From the NCBI RefSeq assembly GCF_009914755.1, contig NC_060931.1: DNA of 64,000 nucleotides, one strand, 5' to 3'. The notes below the pieces were generated by a model. That model was not told where the DNA came from and ran no database searches. It worked only from the letters and a program-made list of their open reading frames with translations. The first letter of the stretch is position 1; the number at the start of each line of letters is the position of its first letter. This document shows positions 26,471 through 40,574 of this stretch, piece after piece. Origin of the DNA: the human T2T-CHM13v2.0 reference genome, Homo sapiens. Made by a program: the position numbers and the translations under genes.

Positions 26471-27074
26471 GAGCCTTAATAAGAGAAGAAACTTAGTGGG
26501 CGTGAAACTGTGAGTCATCACGAAAAGACTGGCAGACATAGAAGTGAACCAAAACTACAGCCATAGACTTAGGAGGCATCCATTGTGTGGAAAGCCATCA
26601 TAATTTAAAGTTATTATAAGCAGGAAATGTTTGAGGCCTTTACATCTGAAGCATGTCAGAGCTGCTGTGCTGAGAAGTCAAGACAGCCATCCTGAAATAA
26701 AATACTACCCTTGCCATAGCCATGTCATGTTCTGTAAGGAGAACTACATTATTCCTACAAGGATTCAAATTGGATCCCATGTAGGAGAATGTTACAGATC
26801 AGCACATATCCAGGAGAATTCTGTTATAAAGATAAACAGTCAAATAAGACTTACCAACCCTTGGCAAAAATGGGAAAGATTGTTAACACACTCAAGCCTC
26901 TCACCTCACAAGAAAGAACTTACACCTGAGGAAATGAGTTAATAGAAAGTATTTCAAAGAATATTTAATACTATAAGAGAATTAAAGCAGAGCATGTAAT
27001 CAAATAATAAAATAAGAACAAGTGGTTATGAAATAAGAATAAGTAGTAATACAAATAATCAGCTAAAGGTTTTA

Positions 27075-27590
<516 letters not shown>

Positions 27591-28086
27591 CTATCTTGAC
27601 TTAAGGAATTTTCCTAAGGGGGGACAAAAGACAAAAAGGAATAGCTATATTTGGAGCGATAGAGGCAAAGAATTTTTAAGAACAAAAAGTGATGGGATTC
27701 CTCTGTCAAAAGCGTTCCTCACATGCAATCAGAAAGTTAAATTCAATAGGAAAAAAAAATCCAAACTAGAAACATTAGAATAAAATTTCAAAACACAAAG
27801 TATAGAGAAGAAAACACTTCTATTCCTCTTCATTTTAGCCTACCTAATTGGTTTCCTAACACCTCTTTCTTTGGAGTCAGCATCATGACCAAAGGCAGGC
27901 ATGGAGGTGAAGGGATTGTGGGGCAATGGGGCCAGCGATGGACTTAAGGCAGTAGCAGCGGAGACAGGGTCATAGGGTGGGGAATAAAGGGACCATGAGG
28001 AGTAATGAGGGAGCTAATTGCCAAAGAGATACTACTGTGGTCAAGAGATTAGGTACACACAGGAGGCTTGAAGAAAGAAAGAAATA

Positions 28087-29227
28087 TAGTCGTATCCCCC
28101 ATAACGAAGTTTCTGTCAACAAGGAACAGAGTATAGGAAGATAATCCCATACGATTACAACAGAGCTAAAAAATTCCTCTTACCTTATGATGTCATAGCG
28201 GTTGCATTCACATGCTTGTGGTGATGCTGGTGTAAGTAAAATTACTGTGCTACCAGTTGAAGAAAAGTGTAGCACATACAGTTATGGACAATATATAATA
28301 CTTGATAATAATAAACTATTGTGTTACTGGTTTATGTATTTACTACATTACACTTTTTCTTGTTATTTTAGAGTGTACTTCTTCTAATAATTTTTTTTAA
28401 GTTAGTTGTAAAGCAAGTTAGGCCGGTCATTCAGGAGGTATTCCAGAAAAAGGCATTGTTATCACAGGAGGTGGCATCTCCATGTGTGTTACTGCCCCCG
28501 AAGACCTTCAAGATGTGGAGGTGGAAGACAGGGATAGTCATAATCCTTCCCCTGTGCAGGTCTAGGTGAATGTGCATGTTTATGTCTTCATTTTTAGCAA
28601 ATAAGTTTAAAAGGTAAAAAAAATTTTTTTTAAATAGAAAAATCTTATACACTAAGGATAAAAAAAATTTTTGTATCACTATACAATGTGTTTGTGTTTT
28701 AAGCTAAGTGTTACGAGTCAAAAGTTAAAAAATTAAAAAGTTTATGAAGTAAAAAGGTTACAGTATGCTAAAGTTAATTTATAATTAAAGGAAGAAAATT
28801 TTTAAAATAAATTTAGTGTGGGCTAAGTGTACAGGGTTTATAAAGTCTACAGTAGTGTGCAGTAATGTCCTAGGCCTTCACACTCACCACTCACTCACTC
28901 ACTGATTCACCCAGAGCAACTTCCAGTCCTGCAAGCTCCATTCATGGTAAGTGCCCTCTACAGGTGTACCATTTTTTTACCTTTTATACCATATTTTTAC
29001 AGTACCTTTCCTATGTTTAGATACATAAACTCTTAGCATTGTGTTACAATTGCCTACAGTATTCAGTACAGTAACATACTGTACATGTTTGTAGCCTGGG
29101 AGCAATAAGCTATACCATCTAGCCTGGGTGTGTAGTAGGCTATACCATCCAGATTTGTGTAAGTACACTCTATGATGTTCACACAACAATGAAATTATCT
29201 AATGAAGCATTTCTCAGAATGTATCTT
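28087..29227. mobile_element. Tigger3b-like TcMar DNA transposon (one end lost)
   Basis: Long colinear match to remembered Tigger3 consensus (TTCAGGAGGTATTCCAGAA...CACCCAGAGCAACTTCCAGTCCTGCAAGCTCCATTCATGGTAAGTGCCCT...GCATTTCTCAGAA). Confidence 0.85.
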
Positions 29228-29229
29228 TA

Positions 29230-29422
29230 GGCCAGGTGCAGTAACTCACACCTGTAATCATAGCACTTCGGGAGGCTGAGGCAGACAGGTCACCTGAGGT
29301 CAGGAGCTCGAGACCAGCCTTGAACCTGGGAGGCAGAGGCTGCGATGAGCCAAGATTGCCCCACTATACTCCAGCCTGGGTGACAGGTCAAGATTCCATC
29401 TCAACGCAAACAAACAAAAAAA
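29230..29422 (+). mobile_element. Alu with internal deletion
   Basis: Left arm ends at GAGACCAGCC and joins directly to right-arm TTGAACCTGGGAGG. Confidence 0.88.
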
Positions 29423-29574
29423 TGAATACAAAAAAGAGGGAGGCTAGAAAGGACCCTGAGCTGTCAAGTTGAAAGTGGAGGTATCCATGTGAACATGTTT
29501 GTTTCTATATGTTTATAAAGCAATGTGTATAGATCCATATATGTGTATATATATATGTTTATATACACATATTT

Positions 29575-29796
29575 TTGTTATTTTAAATATTTTAACTTTT
29601 TACTTTAGGTTCAGGGGTACATGTGCGGGTTTGCTATATAGGTAAACTTGTGACTCAGGGGTTTGGTGTACAGATTATTTTATCACGCAGGTATAAGCAT
29701 GGTGCCTGACACTTTTTCTTTTTCTGAGCCTCTCCCTCCACCCACCCTCCACCCTCAAGTAGGCCCCAATGTCTGTTGTGCCCCTCTTTCTTTCCA
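29575..29796 (-). mobile_element. Short L1PA (PA13-16-like) 3' end
   Basis: TTTAGGTTCAGGGGTACATGTGC...CCCTCCACCCTCAAGTAGGCCCC; ACACATAT on both flanks. Confidence 0.85.
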
Positions 29797-30144
29797 ACAC
29801 ATATATGTTTTATTCACTGAAAGAGTCTAGAAGCAATGACACTCTTTAAGAACTAACAATGAATATAAGTGAGTGCCTAGATTTTAGTTTCAAAATTTCA
29901 TATTCCACTGAAAGGAATTCAAGATTTTTGGGGAAATAGCTGATTCTAGGACGGGAGCAAGAAAAGCACAAAATGAGTCTGAAACATCTTGTTGTACCGC
30001 AAAGTAAGACAGTACTAAAAGAATAACCGGAGCCAGCTCTGAAGGAACTCATGCTGGCTACATCTTGAAAATTTGAGTATTAAAAATATAATAATAATTG
30101 ATCACAACCCAATGAATAAAATAGAAATCCTTGAGTTGATATAG

Positions 30145-30188
30145 ACATACATACATACATACATACATACATACATACATACATACAT
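30145..30188 (+). repeat. (ACAT)11 microsatellite
   Basis: Perfect tetranucleotide run. Confidence 0.97.
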
Positions 30189-31029
30189 ACAGGATAAAGA
30201 AAAGCTCTTTCTTGGTAGAATTCTGTTAATAAAAGCCAAAAGAAAGAGAAATATAAAATTATCATATAGCAACCATCATAATAGTAATTGATGCAGACGG
30301 GAGCTGTCAATTGATGCCAAGTTTTCTTGATAGAAGTTTGAAGAAGAACAATATATTGGTATAATCTAGTATCTTTCTCCAAAATCTTCAACACTTACAA
30401 AGGGAAAATGGTGACTTTATAATGGAGAAATTTTGCAGAAACCAACATGATTAAGATCAGCATTATCAGTCACGGGACTGGTCAACATTATGTACCTCCA
30501 GATGGGTGCACTGAGAAGAACACAGCATCATATCTGTGGTATTTCCACCAAGTCAGCTAGGTCTAAGTCTGGACATAAAGAAACATCAATTGGACACAGA
30601 AAAGGGACATTCTACAAAACAGAAGACCTGTCCTTTAAAATTCTCAAGTTTATAACAAACAAAGACTGAGGAATTTCTCCAGACTGAAGGAAATTAAAGT
30701 CACAAAACTAAATACATCTGAACCTGGACAAGTAATGAAAAAAACACATGCACATACACACACTTTTGGAACATCTGATAAAATTTGAATGCATCTGTAG
30801 ATTGGATTGTAATGATGCCTAATACCAGTTTTTGCTTTGGATTACTATATTGTCATTATGTAGAAGCGTGACTTTATTCTGGGGAAATATACATTTAAAT
30901 ATTTAGTTGTGATGGAGCATCATGTCCTTAATTTGCTCTTAAATTATTTAGAAAAGAATAACAATAGTTAAGGAGAGAGAGTACAAATGTTAACAATTGG
31001 GAAATCTGGATAAAGAGGATATGGCAGTT

Positions 31030-31332
31030 CTTTTTTTTTTTTTTTTTTGGCTGGAGTGCAGTGTTGAGATCATAGCTTACTGCAGCCTCAGACTCCTGGG
31101 CTCAAGTGATCCTCCCCAGGAGGTGGGATTACAGGTGCACACCACCATACCAGCCAAATTATTTGTATTTTGTTGCAAAGACAAGGTCTCTCTCTGTTGA
31201 CCAGGCTGGTCTCAAACTCCTGTCCTCAAGCAATCCACCTCACACCCCACCGCCTGGCCCCTCTCCGTTCCTCCAAGTCTCAGCCTCCCAAAGTACTGGG
31301 ATTACACACGTGAGCCATTGCACCCAGCCCGG
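31030..31332 (-). mobile_element. Alu (AluJ-like), rearranged
   Basis: TSD GGCARTTCTTT; lacks the last ~25 nt before the tail; C-rich insert in the left arm. Confidence 0.85.
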
Positions 31333-32111
31333 CAATTCTTTATACTGTTCTTACAACTCTTTTGTACTTGGAAATTATTACAAAATATTTTTTAAGTAGA
31401 AAAAATTCTAAAAGCCACAAGTGAAAGAGAAAAAAAATTACTCACAAAGGAAGAAAAATCAGATTGATATTAGGCTTCTCATCAACAATATACGAAGATA
31501 ATGAATTCACATTATCAGAATGTTAAAAGAATAAAACTTTAAAAATATAAATCTATATGCAGGCAAGTTTGCCCCAAAAAGTGAAATTAAGAGACTTTCA
31601 TACATAGAACTCAGAAATTTTACCATCCTTTGGTGATCTTCGAAAAAATTGATAATAGCAACATACCAAACCAAAAAAGTGGACTAGAAGGAATTAATGG
31701 TATGCAATAATCAATAGACATCTTGTAAATCTTCATTGTCATATCCATGTAAGTACTAATTGTTTTTTAAATTTGTCTTTAATGGTGACTGGAGCTACAA
31801 TCCCAGATGATAAAAAAAATAGATTTAATGAGATGGGAGTTAGGGAGTTCAGGTGAGTAAGAAAGACAAGAAAGAAGGACAAAACAAGCCTAGTTTTTTT
31901 TCTTTTTGGAGGGGGAAGAAGAAGATAAAGATACTCTTTACTTAAAAAGTGTGCATGCTAAAAACATGAAGATAACAGAGGAAAAAAGCATCAAAATATA
32001 ATTTTCAAAGTTAAAAGCATGACTGTCATGAAAATATAGAAAGAACACATGTTAAAGATTTATAAAATGGCTTGTTTTTTTTTTGGTAAGCATTTAAAAA
32101 TGTTAGAATAG

Positions 32112-32280
32112 GGCCAGGCATGGTGTCTCACACCTGTAATCCCAGCACTTTGGGAGGCTGAGGCGAGGGGATCACTTGAGCCCAGCAGTTCGATACCAGC
32201 CTCAGCAACAATGTGAGACATGGCCCCCCCACCGATCACATATCTATAAAAATAAATAAATAAATAAATGTTTAAAAACA
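32112..32280 (+). mobile_element. FLAM (free left Alu monomer)
   Basis: Monomer with (AAAT)n tail; TSD AAAATGTTAGAATA at 32097-32110 and 32281-32294. Confidence 0.9.
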
Positions 32281-32400
32281 AAAATGTTAGAATAAAATTG
32301 CTAGGTTAGACAATATTAAGAAAAATTATCCAAAATGTGGAATTAAAGCAGCTACCTTTCGATATTATAAAGGGGCACAGACCTAATCAAGGGTTACTTA

Positions 32401-32579
32401 AGGCAGATTCTGCAAATGTTTTCTGTAGAGAACTAGAGAATATGTAAATATTTTTGGCATTGCAAGCTACAGGTTCTTAGCACAAAATCAGCCAAAGGTA
32501 ATACATGAACTAATAGGCTGGCTAGGTTTGGCCCATAGCAAGCCAGATTTGCCCTGCAGGCTATAGTTATCAACCCCTG
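32401..32579. mobile_element. MER58A-like hAT-Charlie MITE
   Basis: GCAAATGTTTTCTGTA...GTAAATATTTTTGGC...CCAGATTTGCCCTGCAGGCTATAGTT..CAACCCCTG. Confidence 0.7.
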
Positions 32580-33192
32580 ATTTACAGAAATGTACTCTTT
32601 CGACTCACTGCTTATCATTGATTAAGGGTCCAGATTTAATGAATTTACATATTAACTTTTATATTTTTTCCAGTGGAGGTGTAAATAATTTCTTTTGGTA
32701 GAAAACAGCTTCAAAGGTTGTGGTTTGTTATCCTGTAGACTATTAGACAGTTTTATTTTTAAATTTTCTTTGAACATGTTATTAAATGACAGAAATATGT
32801 AGCTTCCCAAATGTTGTTTGAAGTTATCTTAATATTTTACTAGTTCTCTCATTAATAAATGAGTTGAATAAAATGTTTGTCATATAAACATTTTTTATGA
32901 GAGTCATTAATTTTACCTTTTTGAAAATTACACTTTAACAATACAAAATGTACTCTAGGAAAAAACAAAACAAAACAGTTATGAATAGGATTATCATTCT
33001 TAATGGACAAAAATCTACAAATTAATATGTAACTTCGTAGTGTCTAAGCTATAGTCAAATAGCAAACAGCAAATTTAAACATGGGCATATTCCTCTAGAT
33101 CACTAAGTAATCTGCTTTCCTTAGTCACCCCCAGTATGACATGAAAGGATATGCTTTATTCCCTCTGCCTTATTTCCCAGTTTTGGGATAAA

Positions 33193-33489
33193 TTTTTTTT
33201 TTTTTTTTTGAGACAGAGTCTCTGTCTGTCGCCCAGGCTGGAATGCAGTGGCGTGATCTCAGCTCACTGCAAGCTCCGCCTCTGGGATCTCGCCATTCTC
33301 CTGCCTCAGCCTCCCGAGTAGCTGGGACTACAGGGGCCCACCACCACGCCTGGCTAATTTTTTGTATTTTTAGTAGAGACGGGGTTTCACCATGTTAGCC
33401 AGGATGGTCTCAATCTCCTGACTTCGTGATCCACCCGCCTCGGCCTCCCAAAATGCTGGGATCACAGGCGTGAGCCACCACACCCAGTC
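33193..33489 (-). mobile_element. Alu (AluY/Sc-like)
   Basis: GCAAGCTCCGCC, CGCCATTCTCC and TTAGCCAGGATGG diagnostics. Confidence 0.95.
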
Positions 33490-33773
33490 TTGGGAGAAAA
33501 TTTTAACAAGAGAAAACAATGAGGAAAATCTTTATTTTATGCAACATAAAAAAGGACATGAGAAAAAGAAATAAGAATTATAATAAATTTAAAATTCAGG
33601 ATGAGAAGGTAGAAATAATTCTAAACGTAGCAGTAATTATGATAAATATGAATGGGTGAAATTCCCAAAATAGATTTAAGCTAATCAGTCTCTGTTAACA
33701 AACTATTGAGTGTTGTTAACATGATATACAAATTAAAACAACACAGGCAGGTTTTAAAAGAGTAGGAAAAAAA

Positions 33774-35108
33774 CATACCAGGCAAATTTTTTTTTTGACG
33801 GTACAAGGTGGGTAGCTTAGTTGTCATATGACATATAGTACTGGTTCCTAAATTTGTCTGTGAATCAGAATTATCTGAATTGCTTGTAAAGACTCCTGGG
33901 TCTGACTCCAGACCTACTGAATAGGAATTTCTAAAGAAGTGATGTCCAGGAATCTCTCATTTTAGCTAGCTCTACAAGTGGCTCTTGTTCAGCCCTCTAG
34001 GCCTTAGTCTGTGGACCTCAGTTTGAAAATCACTAATAAAGACAGGACTGGAAGCTGGATATCTCCTTCCTGCTTCTGCCACCAATGCCATGTGATCTTT
34101 TCAACCTATAAATTTTCTCCATTCTGAAACGTCCAATGACAATAATAATTACAGAAGCTCCTCCTTACCAAACACATGGAGATAATCTAGGAACAAACTA
34201 GGTTATACCATAGGGTTGTGTTTTGAGCTTTCTGGGAGAGGCATACTGTAAATATAAGGGCTTATGAATGCAACTACTTCTATCTGGGGATTTTTTTTTT
34301 TTCAATCTAAGATGAACTTGGTGATACTAATTGGTCACACAACACACATATAAACAATACAATTGCTAAATGCAGTGAGGCCCCAGACTAAGAAGTTAAA
34401 GGCAAGGCCAAACACCGGCTAGATAGAACTGGTGGGGTTTTTTCCCCTTGTTTTCCTTTTTTTTAAAAAGACTTAAAAATACAAACCCTTGTGTCCCAGG
34501 CTAACCTCCTTTTATTATTTTCCTTCCAGCTTTTATTTTAGATTCAAGGGGTACATGTGCAGATTTGTTATATAATTTGTAAATTATGTGTCACAGGGCT
34601 TTGGTATACAGATTATTTTGTCACCCAAGTAACAAGCATAGTACCTACTAGGTAGTTTTTTGATCCTCACCCTCCTCCCATCCTCCACACTCAAGTAGGC
34701 CCCGGTATTTATCTTTCCCTTCTTTATGTCTACGTGTACTTAGTGTATAAGTGAGAATGTGCAATATTTAGTTTCTGTAAATTAGTTCAGTCACCATGGA
34801 AAGTTGTTTGGAGATGTCTCAAAGAACTTACAACAGAACTACCATTCAACCCAGCAATCTTATTACTGGATATATAGCGAAAGGAATATAAATCATTGTA
34901 CCATAAAGACATATGCACATGTATGATCATCACAGCACTATTCACAAGAGAAAAGACATGGAATCAACCTAGATGCCATCAACAGTGGACTGGATAAAGA
35001 AAATATGGTACATATAGACCACAGAATACTATGCAGCCATAAAAAAGAATTAAGTCATGTCCGTTTCAGCAACATGGATACAGCTGCAGTCCATACCAGG
35101 CAAACTTT
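33774..35108 (-). mobile_element. L1PA15/16-like insertion with 5' inversion and 3'-transduced flank
   Basis: TSD CATACCAGGCAAAYTTT at 33774-33790 and 35092-35108; poly-T 33787-33796; non-L1 segment to ~34510; L1 3' UTR (minus) to 34778; inverted L1 segment to 35094. Confidence 0.8.
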
Positions 35109-35363
35109 AATAAAAAGAAGGCTCATGTCAGACCAAAAAAAAAAAAAAAAAAAAGAATTCAAGGCAAAAGTAAATAAGAGATGAAAAGAAATATTTCATT
35201 CATATAAAAGTCATAAAATATTAAGCACCAATCAATATAACATTTATGAGAAAAAGAATTATAACTCCTAAAAGAAACTAATACCTTCACAGGTATAGTA
35301 GGAATCTTTAAGATGCCTGTCTCAGAAAGCAACAGATAAAGCATATTCAAAAATAAGTAAGTA

Positions 35364-35655
<292 letters not shown>

Positions 35656-36069
35656 TTAAGTATAGACAATGTCTGAATAACATAATTTAACCCATTTAAC
35701 CCATTTATTTGCTAACATATATAATATACATATATACATATACATCAATGAGTATATTCATGTATGTTTACATATATATGAATACATACACTCTGAGAAT
35801 AATTTTCTTCTAATATAAATGAGAAACTTACAGTGAATAACCATGTGCTGCCCACAAAGGAAGTTTCAACAAATTAGCAACAGAACAGTGTATGTTCACT
35901 GCCCACAATACAATGAAATTACATGTATACCACTAAGAGATAGCCAAAAAGTAAAAACATACGAAATAATAATAAATGAAAGGTCTAATTTTTATTTTCA
36001 AAACTATCTTTATATGGTAGTGCATTCTATAATTAATGACTTATTAAAGCTGATGAACTATATGCCCAA

Positions 36070-36425
36070 ATAACTTATCCAAAATTCCAAAATCCAGAAA
36101 ACTCTTGAAGTTTCAAGAAATTTTTAACTCATTTGACAGCAAAATATAACCTAATCTGAAATTATTTAGTAGCTACAGTTGATCTTAATTCACAAGATGT
36201 CATATAAAGCCTTTATTTATTCTATACAGTGTGGATATTCATGTTTGTGACAAAAAAAAAATGTGTTTAAGCAAGCAGTGCTGCCCCAGGTGCCTGTGGA
36301 AGAAGTTGCATAATAAATCCACATCTGTGATATGAATTTATGTTACTATTCTAAAATACAAAAATTTTTGAACTCTAAAATATACATCAGACTTCAAGTG
36401 GTTTGGGTAAGAGATTCTAGGCCAG
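36070..36425. mobile_element. MER46C-like TcMar-Tigger fossil
   Basis: CTTATCCAAAATTCCAAAATCCAGAAAACTCT...GGGTAAGAGATT. Confidence 0.5.
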
Positions 36426-38452
36426 TTTAGCATTTCTTCTGTATTTCAAACCTAAGAAAATCAAGTAATGAGGACAGCTTTTTAGCTCCAATATTTGTTT
36501 TCTACCTCCTAAAACTTCCCAAACACTTTTTTCTGTGGCAGGACACCAATTTTGTGGCTATTAAAATATGCAAACTAAAACTATTTCATTTTTACTTCCT
36601 TTCCTTCATGCAGAGAATGATGGAATGCAAATATTTTCCCTTGCCTCGAGGCAGGGTTCAGATATTAAGAAAAAGAACTAATATTTTGATTGTTAATGAT
36701 TCAGCCTCTATGGGTAATGAGCCATCAAGGTTTATTGTGAAAAGAACAGGAGAACTGAATTTGAGGAAAGAGGCAGTGCCTGTGTTGGAAATCTGAATAG
36801 AGAGGAATGGATTTTCCTCACCTCTCCCATGCTTAGCTAAAAGGTAGCTAAGAAGAGGTGAATAAAGGAAAGAGGGTACCAGAAGGAGCCCCTGGAGCTC
36901 ATGAGCCCAAACAAGGTAGAAGAGGGCCTGCTGCCTGGAAAGAAACAAATGGATGGACCTAATTAAGGGCTACTGCCAAGAACACTACACAGTGCCCAGG
37001 TATTAAATGGAAGATGAGTAAGCAGGAGTCTTCACTTGTATGAGAATGTCACTATCCCAGTTGAACCTCTCATTAACAACAAGAAGGACTTAATTAGAAT
37101 GCAGTGCTTCATCTATTGATTTTGGGCAGGGATGATGCCTCCTGGGTTATATGATTTTACCAAGTCCTGTCTGAATACCCTATGGAGAAACCCCCATTCT
37201 AATTATGACACTTCAGAAACTCCTTCAAGCCCAAGATAAGAGAGATAAAATCCTGGGTATCTAGTGCAGTAGCAGTGATGGGAAAATCACTCTGCATTTT
37301 CTCCACAGGGGAAGGGGTACAGAATTGCACCTAATTTTATTTTGTAAGTGGCCTAGGAAACTGTCCTGCATCTGAATGATTTGCAAATATATAATTGTTT
37401 GTGCTTCTAGCTATTCCACTCCCTCTTTATTGATATTCATTATCAGAAATGTGGACAGTTTTAGTCACTATATCAATCTATAAACTTTGAAATAAAGAGT
37501 AAAATAAGGAATAGTGTTAAAAATGATTGCAGTGTATGCAACAGTTTTAATGCAAAAATAGACTTTGTATAAGCACTACTAAAACAAACAACAAGAAAAT
37601 CTGGAGCAATCTCTGTGATTTTGTGGACCTGTTTCCTGTGTTGAGTGAATCTATATTTTAAGCCCAGAGAAGGAAGCAGACTCTTGTCTTTCCCACTTTC
37701 ACGGATCATCATTTCACCTGTTCTATCAACCTAAATTCCATCCTCATCTGAATGTATATATGGTATGAATTATAGTCATTTTCAAAAAAGTAAAAACTTG
37801 ACTCTCATACAAATATATGATTAACACATGTCAAAGATGTTATTTAACTCTTTAATTGATCGAGAGACCTATTGCAATGGGTTCAAAAGAGACCTCATAG
37901 AAGACAAATTTATGAATCTGAAATATTGAAATGAATTTGCAAAACTGAGTTTTCCACAGGAGAAAAGGTGTTTCCCCTCATAGATAGAATTTATTTGCAT
38001 GTCTATAGGCAAGAATTATTTGCATTGCTACCTGTTTCAAGTTAACTTTACCGTATACAGAGTAGTAAAATAGCTTAGCTAAAGACAAAATCGCATATCC
38101 CTACATGTTCAATAACCCCCAAAGGCTCTAGCATTGCATTGAATTTATATACAGTAATCTCATTTGTGCATTCCAAAGTCTTAAATTTTCCCTTACAAAC
38201 AACATTTTTATATAATCTTTACATTTTCATAGCTACTTCTGCAATTCTATAAGTCAAGCCGAAGCTTCTTTCTTAAAGGAAATGTTCATTTTTCATGCAG
38301 ATTATAATAAAATGTTAAGCCTCTTGATAATTGTCAAAGTATCAATGATAGTGAATAGGCAAAAATTATTTCCTGTTCTGATATGTAATAGCTATACTTA
38401 CAGTTTGCAAAACCTTAGACAAGGGTAAGAAAGAGAAAAATAATTAGTCAAT

Positions 38453-38739
38453 TTTTACTTTTGTTGTGACAGGGTCTCACTCTGTCACCCAGGATTGAGT
38501 ATAGCGGTGTGATCTCAGCTCACTGCAACCTCTGCCTCCCTGGCTCAAGTGATCCTCCCACCTCATCCTCCTGAATAGCTGGAATCACAGGCACACACTG
38601 GCTAATTTTTTGTATTTCTGGTAGACATGAGGTTTCACCTTGTTGTCCAGGCTGGTCTCAAACTCCTGAGCTAGAGCAATCCACCTGTCTCGGCCTCCCA
38701 AAATCCTGGGACTACAGATGTGAGCCACTGTGCCCAGCC
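38453..38739 (-). mobile_element. Alu (AluJ/S-like)
   Basis: Dimer; degenerate TSD CAAT..TTACTTTT. Confidence 0.92.
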
Positions 38740-40272
38740 AATCATTACTTTTAAAATAATGTTTAGCAGAAGCAGCATCTTGATAGTCATCAACAGCAAT
38801 ATCAATAAATATTTTATGTGCTATAATATTTTTGGTTAGAAGTAAGATTAATAAAATAATTCAATTCTCAATAAAGGTCTTATTTAGATAAAATGTAGCA
38901 AGTAATTTAACTGTATTAGAGACCTTTTAAAAAGAACTGGGCCACTCAAATTGTCATTCCTTAATTTTTTTTTACATTCTAAGATAAAAATATAATAAAC
39001 TAAATGCCAATAGTAGCTGATATATTAACAATGGAGCACAATATTAGTACAATAAAATTTTTTCTTTAATACATTACACATCACATATGTTGAGGTCCTT
39101 TCTATGCTGCACAAAGAAATCTAGCCTGCATTTACAATTTTAAATTATTATATTCTTGTGTAAATTTTATAGTTGATTTATAACTTGGGATTTATTTGAT
39201 GTCAAGCCTTCTGGTCACAAATGAAACTCTAAATTGAAGCACCATAGAAGCATCTGATTAAAAAAATTACTCACTGCTTTGACGGAATTATATTACAGAA
39301 GTATATTGCAGCAAAAAGTAGGGATTTTCTTGTATGTTTTTCCAAATAATTGGGAAAACTCTGCTTGCAGCTATTTCAGAAATGCTCATATCAGAGCAGT
39401 TCTTGCCCAAGTTAACTATAAAATGCATGAAACAATAGTTTGACAACATTCAAGAGCACTTCCAGCAGACAGGACTTGAGAAGCAGCAGTCCGGGAGAGA
39501 AGGAAAACACACTGAAGTGAGATTCTGCCCTGTATTTCCCTTCAAGACATCTGCAAATTTGCATCTGAGAGAAACAGAGATTAAAAAGAAAGACAAACCT
39601 GGCTTACGACACTCTCACTGGGCTGAAGAAACAGAGTTTGGGGGTGAGGGCATGTAATAGAGTTAAAATTTGGGGAAGAAAACACATAAAAGTAAGCGTG
39701 AAATTCTGCATGCAATTTCCTTGCAAGGGGTGGCCATCCCCAAAACTGCATATACACAAAGCAAGACTCCTAAACATCTAGCAGAAAGTACCAGTATGCC
39801 AAAGAGCTAAGCAAAGATTTTAGCAGTATGGTAGTACCAAGGGCATATAGATTATAATTCAGGGCTCACAAAAGTAGAGGGGACCCAGGAAACACCCCCA
39901 TGATTTCACATGAGACCATAAAAAGGTTATACCTTAGAAGTAAAAAATAAGGAATAAAGGCAAATTAAAACTAGACCAGTTCCATCACAGTATAGAATCC
40001 ACTCTTGGAATCCACTCTTGACTAGATAAAAGTGACCTGTTATATCTCTATCTACTTGCCAAAATGAAATTAAATTATCTTTGGGGAAAGATATCGTCAT
40101 CTAAGGCCTGTATAATTTTTCATACAGAATCTCTAGTATTCCATCAAATATTGTTAGGCAAGATAAGAAATTGGAACATATAACAAAAAACTAGGAAAGA
40201 TTTGACAATGAAATGGAAGTAAAGATGACCCAAATAGTGGAGCTATCATTAGAGACCTCAAAATAACATTAT

Positions 40273-40405
40273 GGCCAGGTGTTGCGGCTCATGCCTGTAA
40301 TCCCAGTGCTTTGGGAGACTGAGGCAAAAGGATTGCTTGAGCCCAGGAGTTTGAGACTGGCCTGGGCAACATAGTGAGACTTTGTTTCTACAAACAATAA
40401 TAAAC
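40273..40405 (+). mobile_element. FLAM (free left Alu monomer)
   Basis: Single left monomer with a short A-rich tail. Confidence 0.85.
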
Positions 40406-40574
40406 TAATAATAATGTTTAATATGTTCATGAAAATTGAGAAAAGAATGGAGAATTCATAAGAAACAAGGAATCTACTAAATAAAATAAAGTGGAAATTG
40501 TAGAAGTTGAAAAGATAACTGAAATAAGAATCTAATACTTGGATTTAAAAGCAGATAAGGCAAATAATAAAAAC

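Larger units (their letters stand above)
29430..31020 (+). mobile_element. Old L1MC-like 3' region (interrupted)
   Basis: CTAGAAGCAATGACACT...GAAATAGCTGATTCTAGG...GAGAAGAACACAGCATCA...GGGAAATCTGGATAAAG. Confidence 0.6.

Noticed and set aside
25845-26539. 201- and 217-aa F/S/L-rich ORFs
   Set aside because: Artefacts of the stop-free (GAAA)n/(GGAA)n microsatellite.
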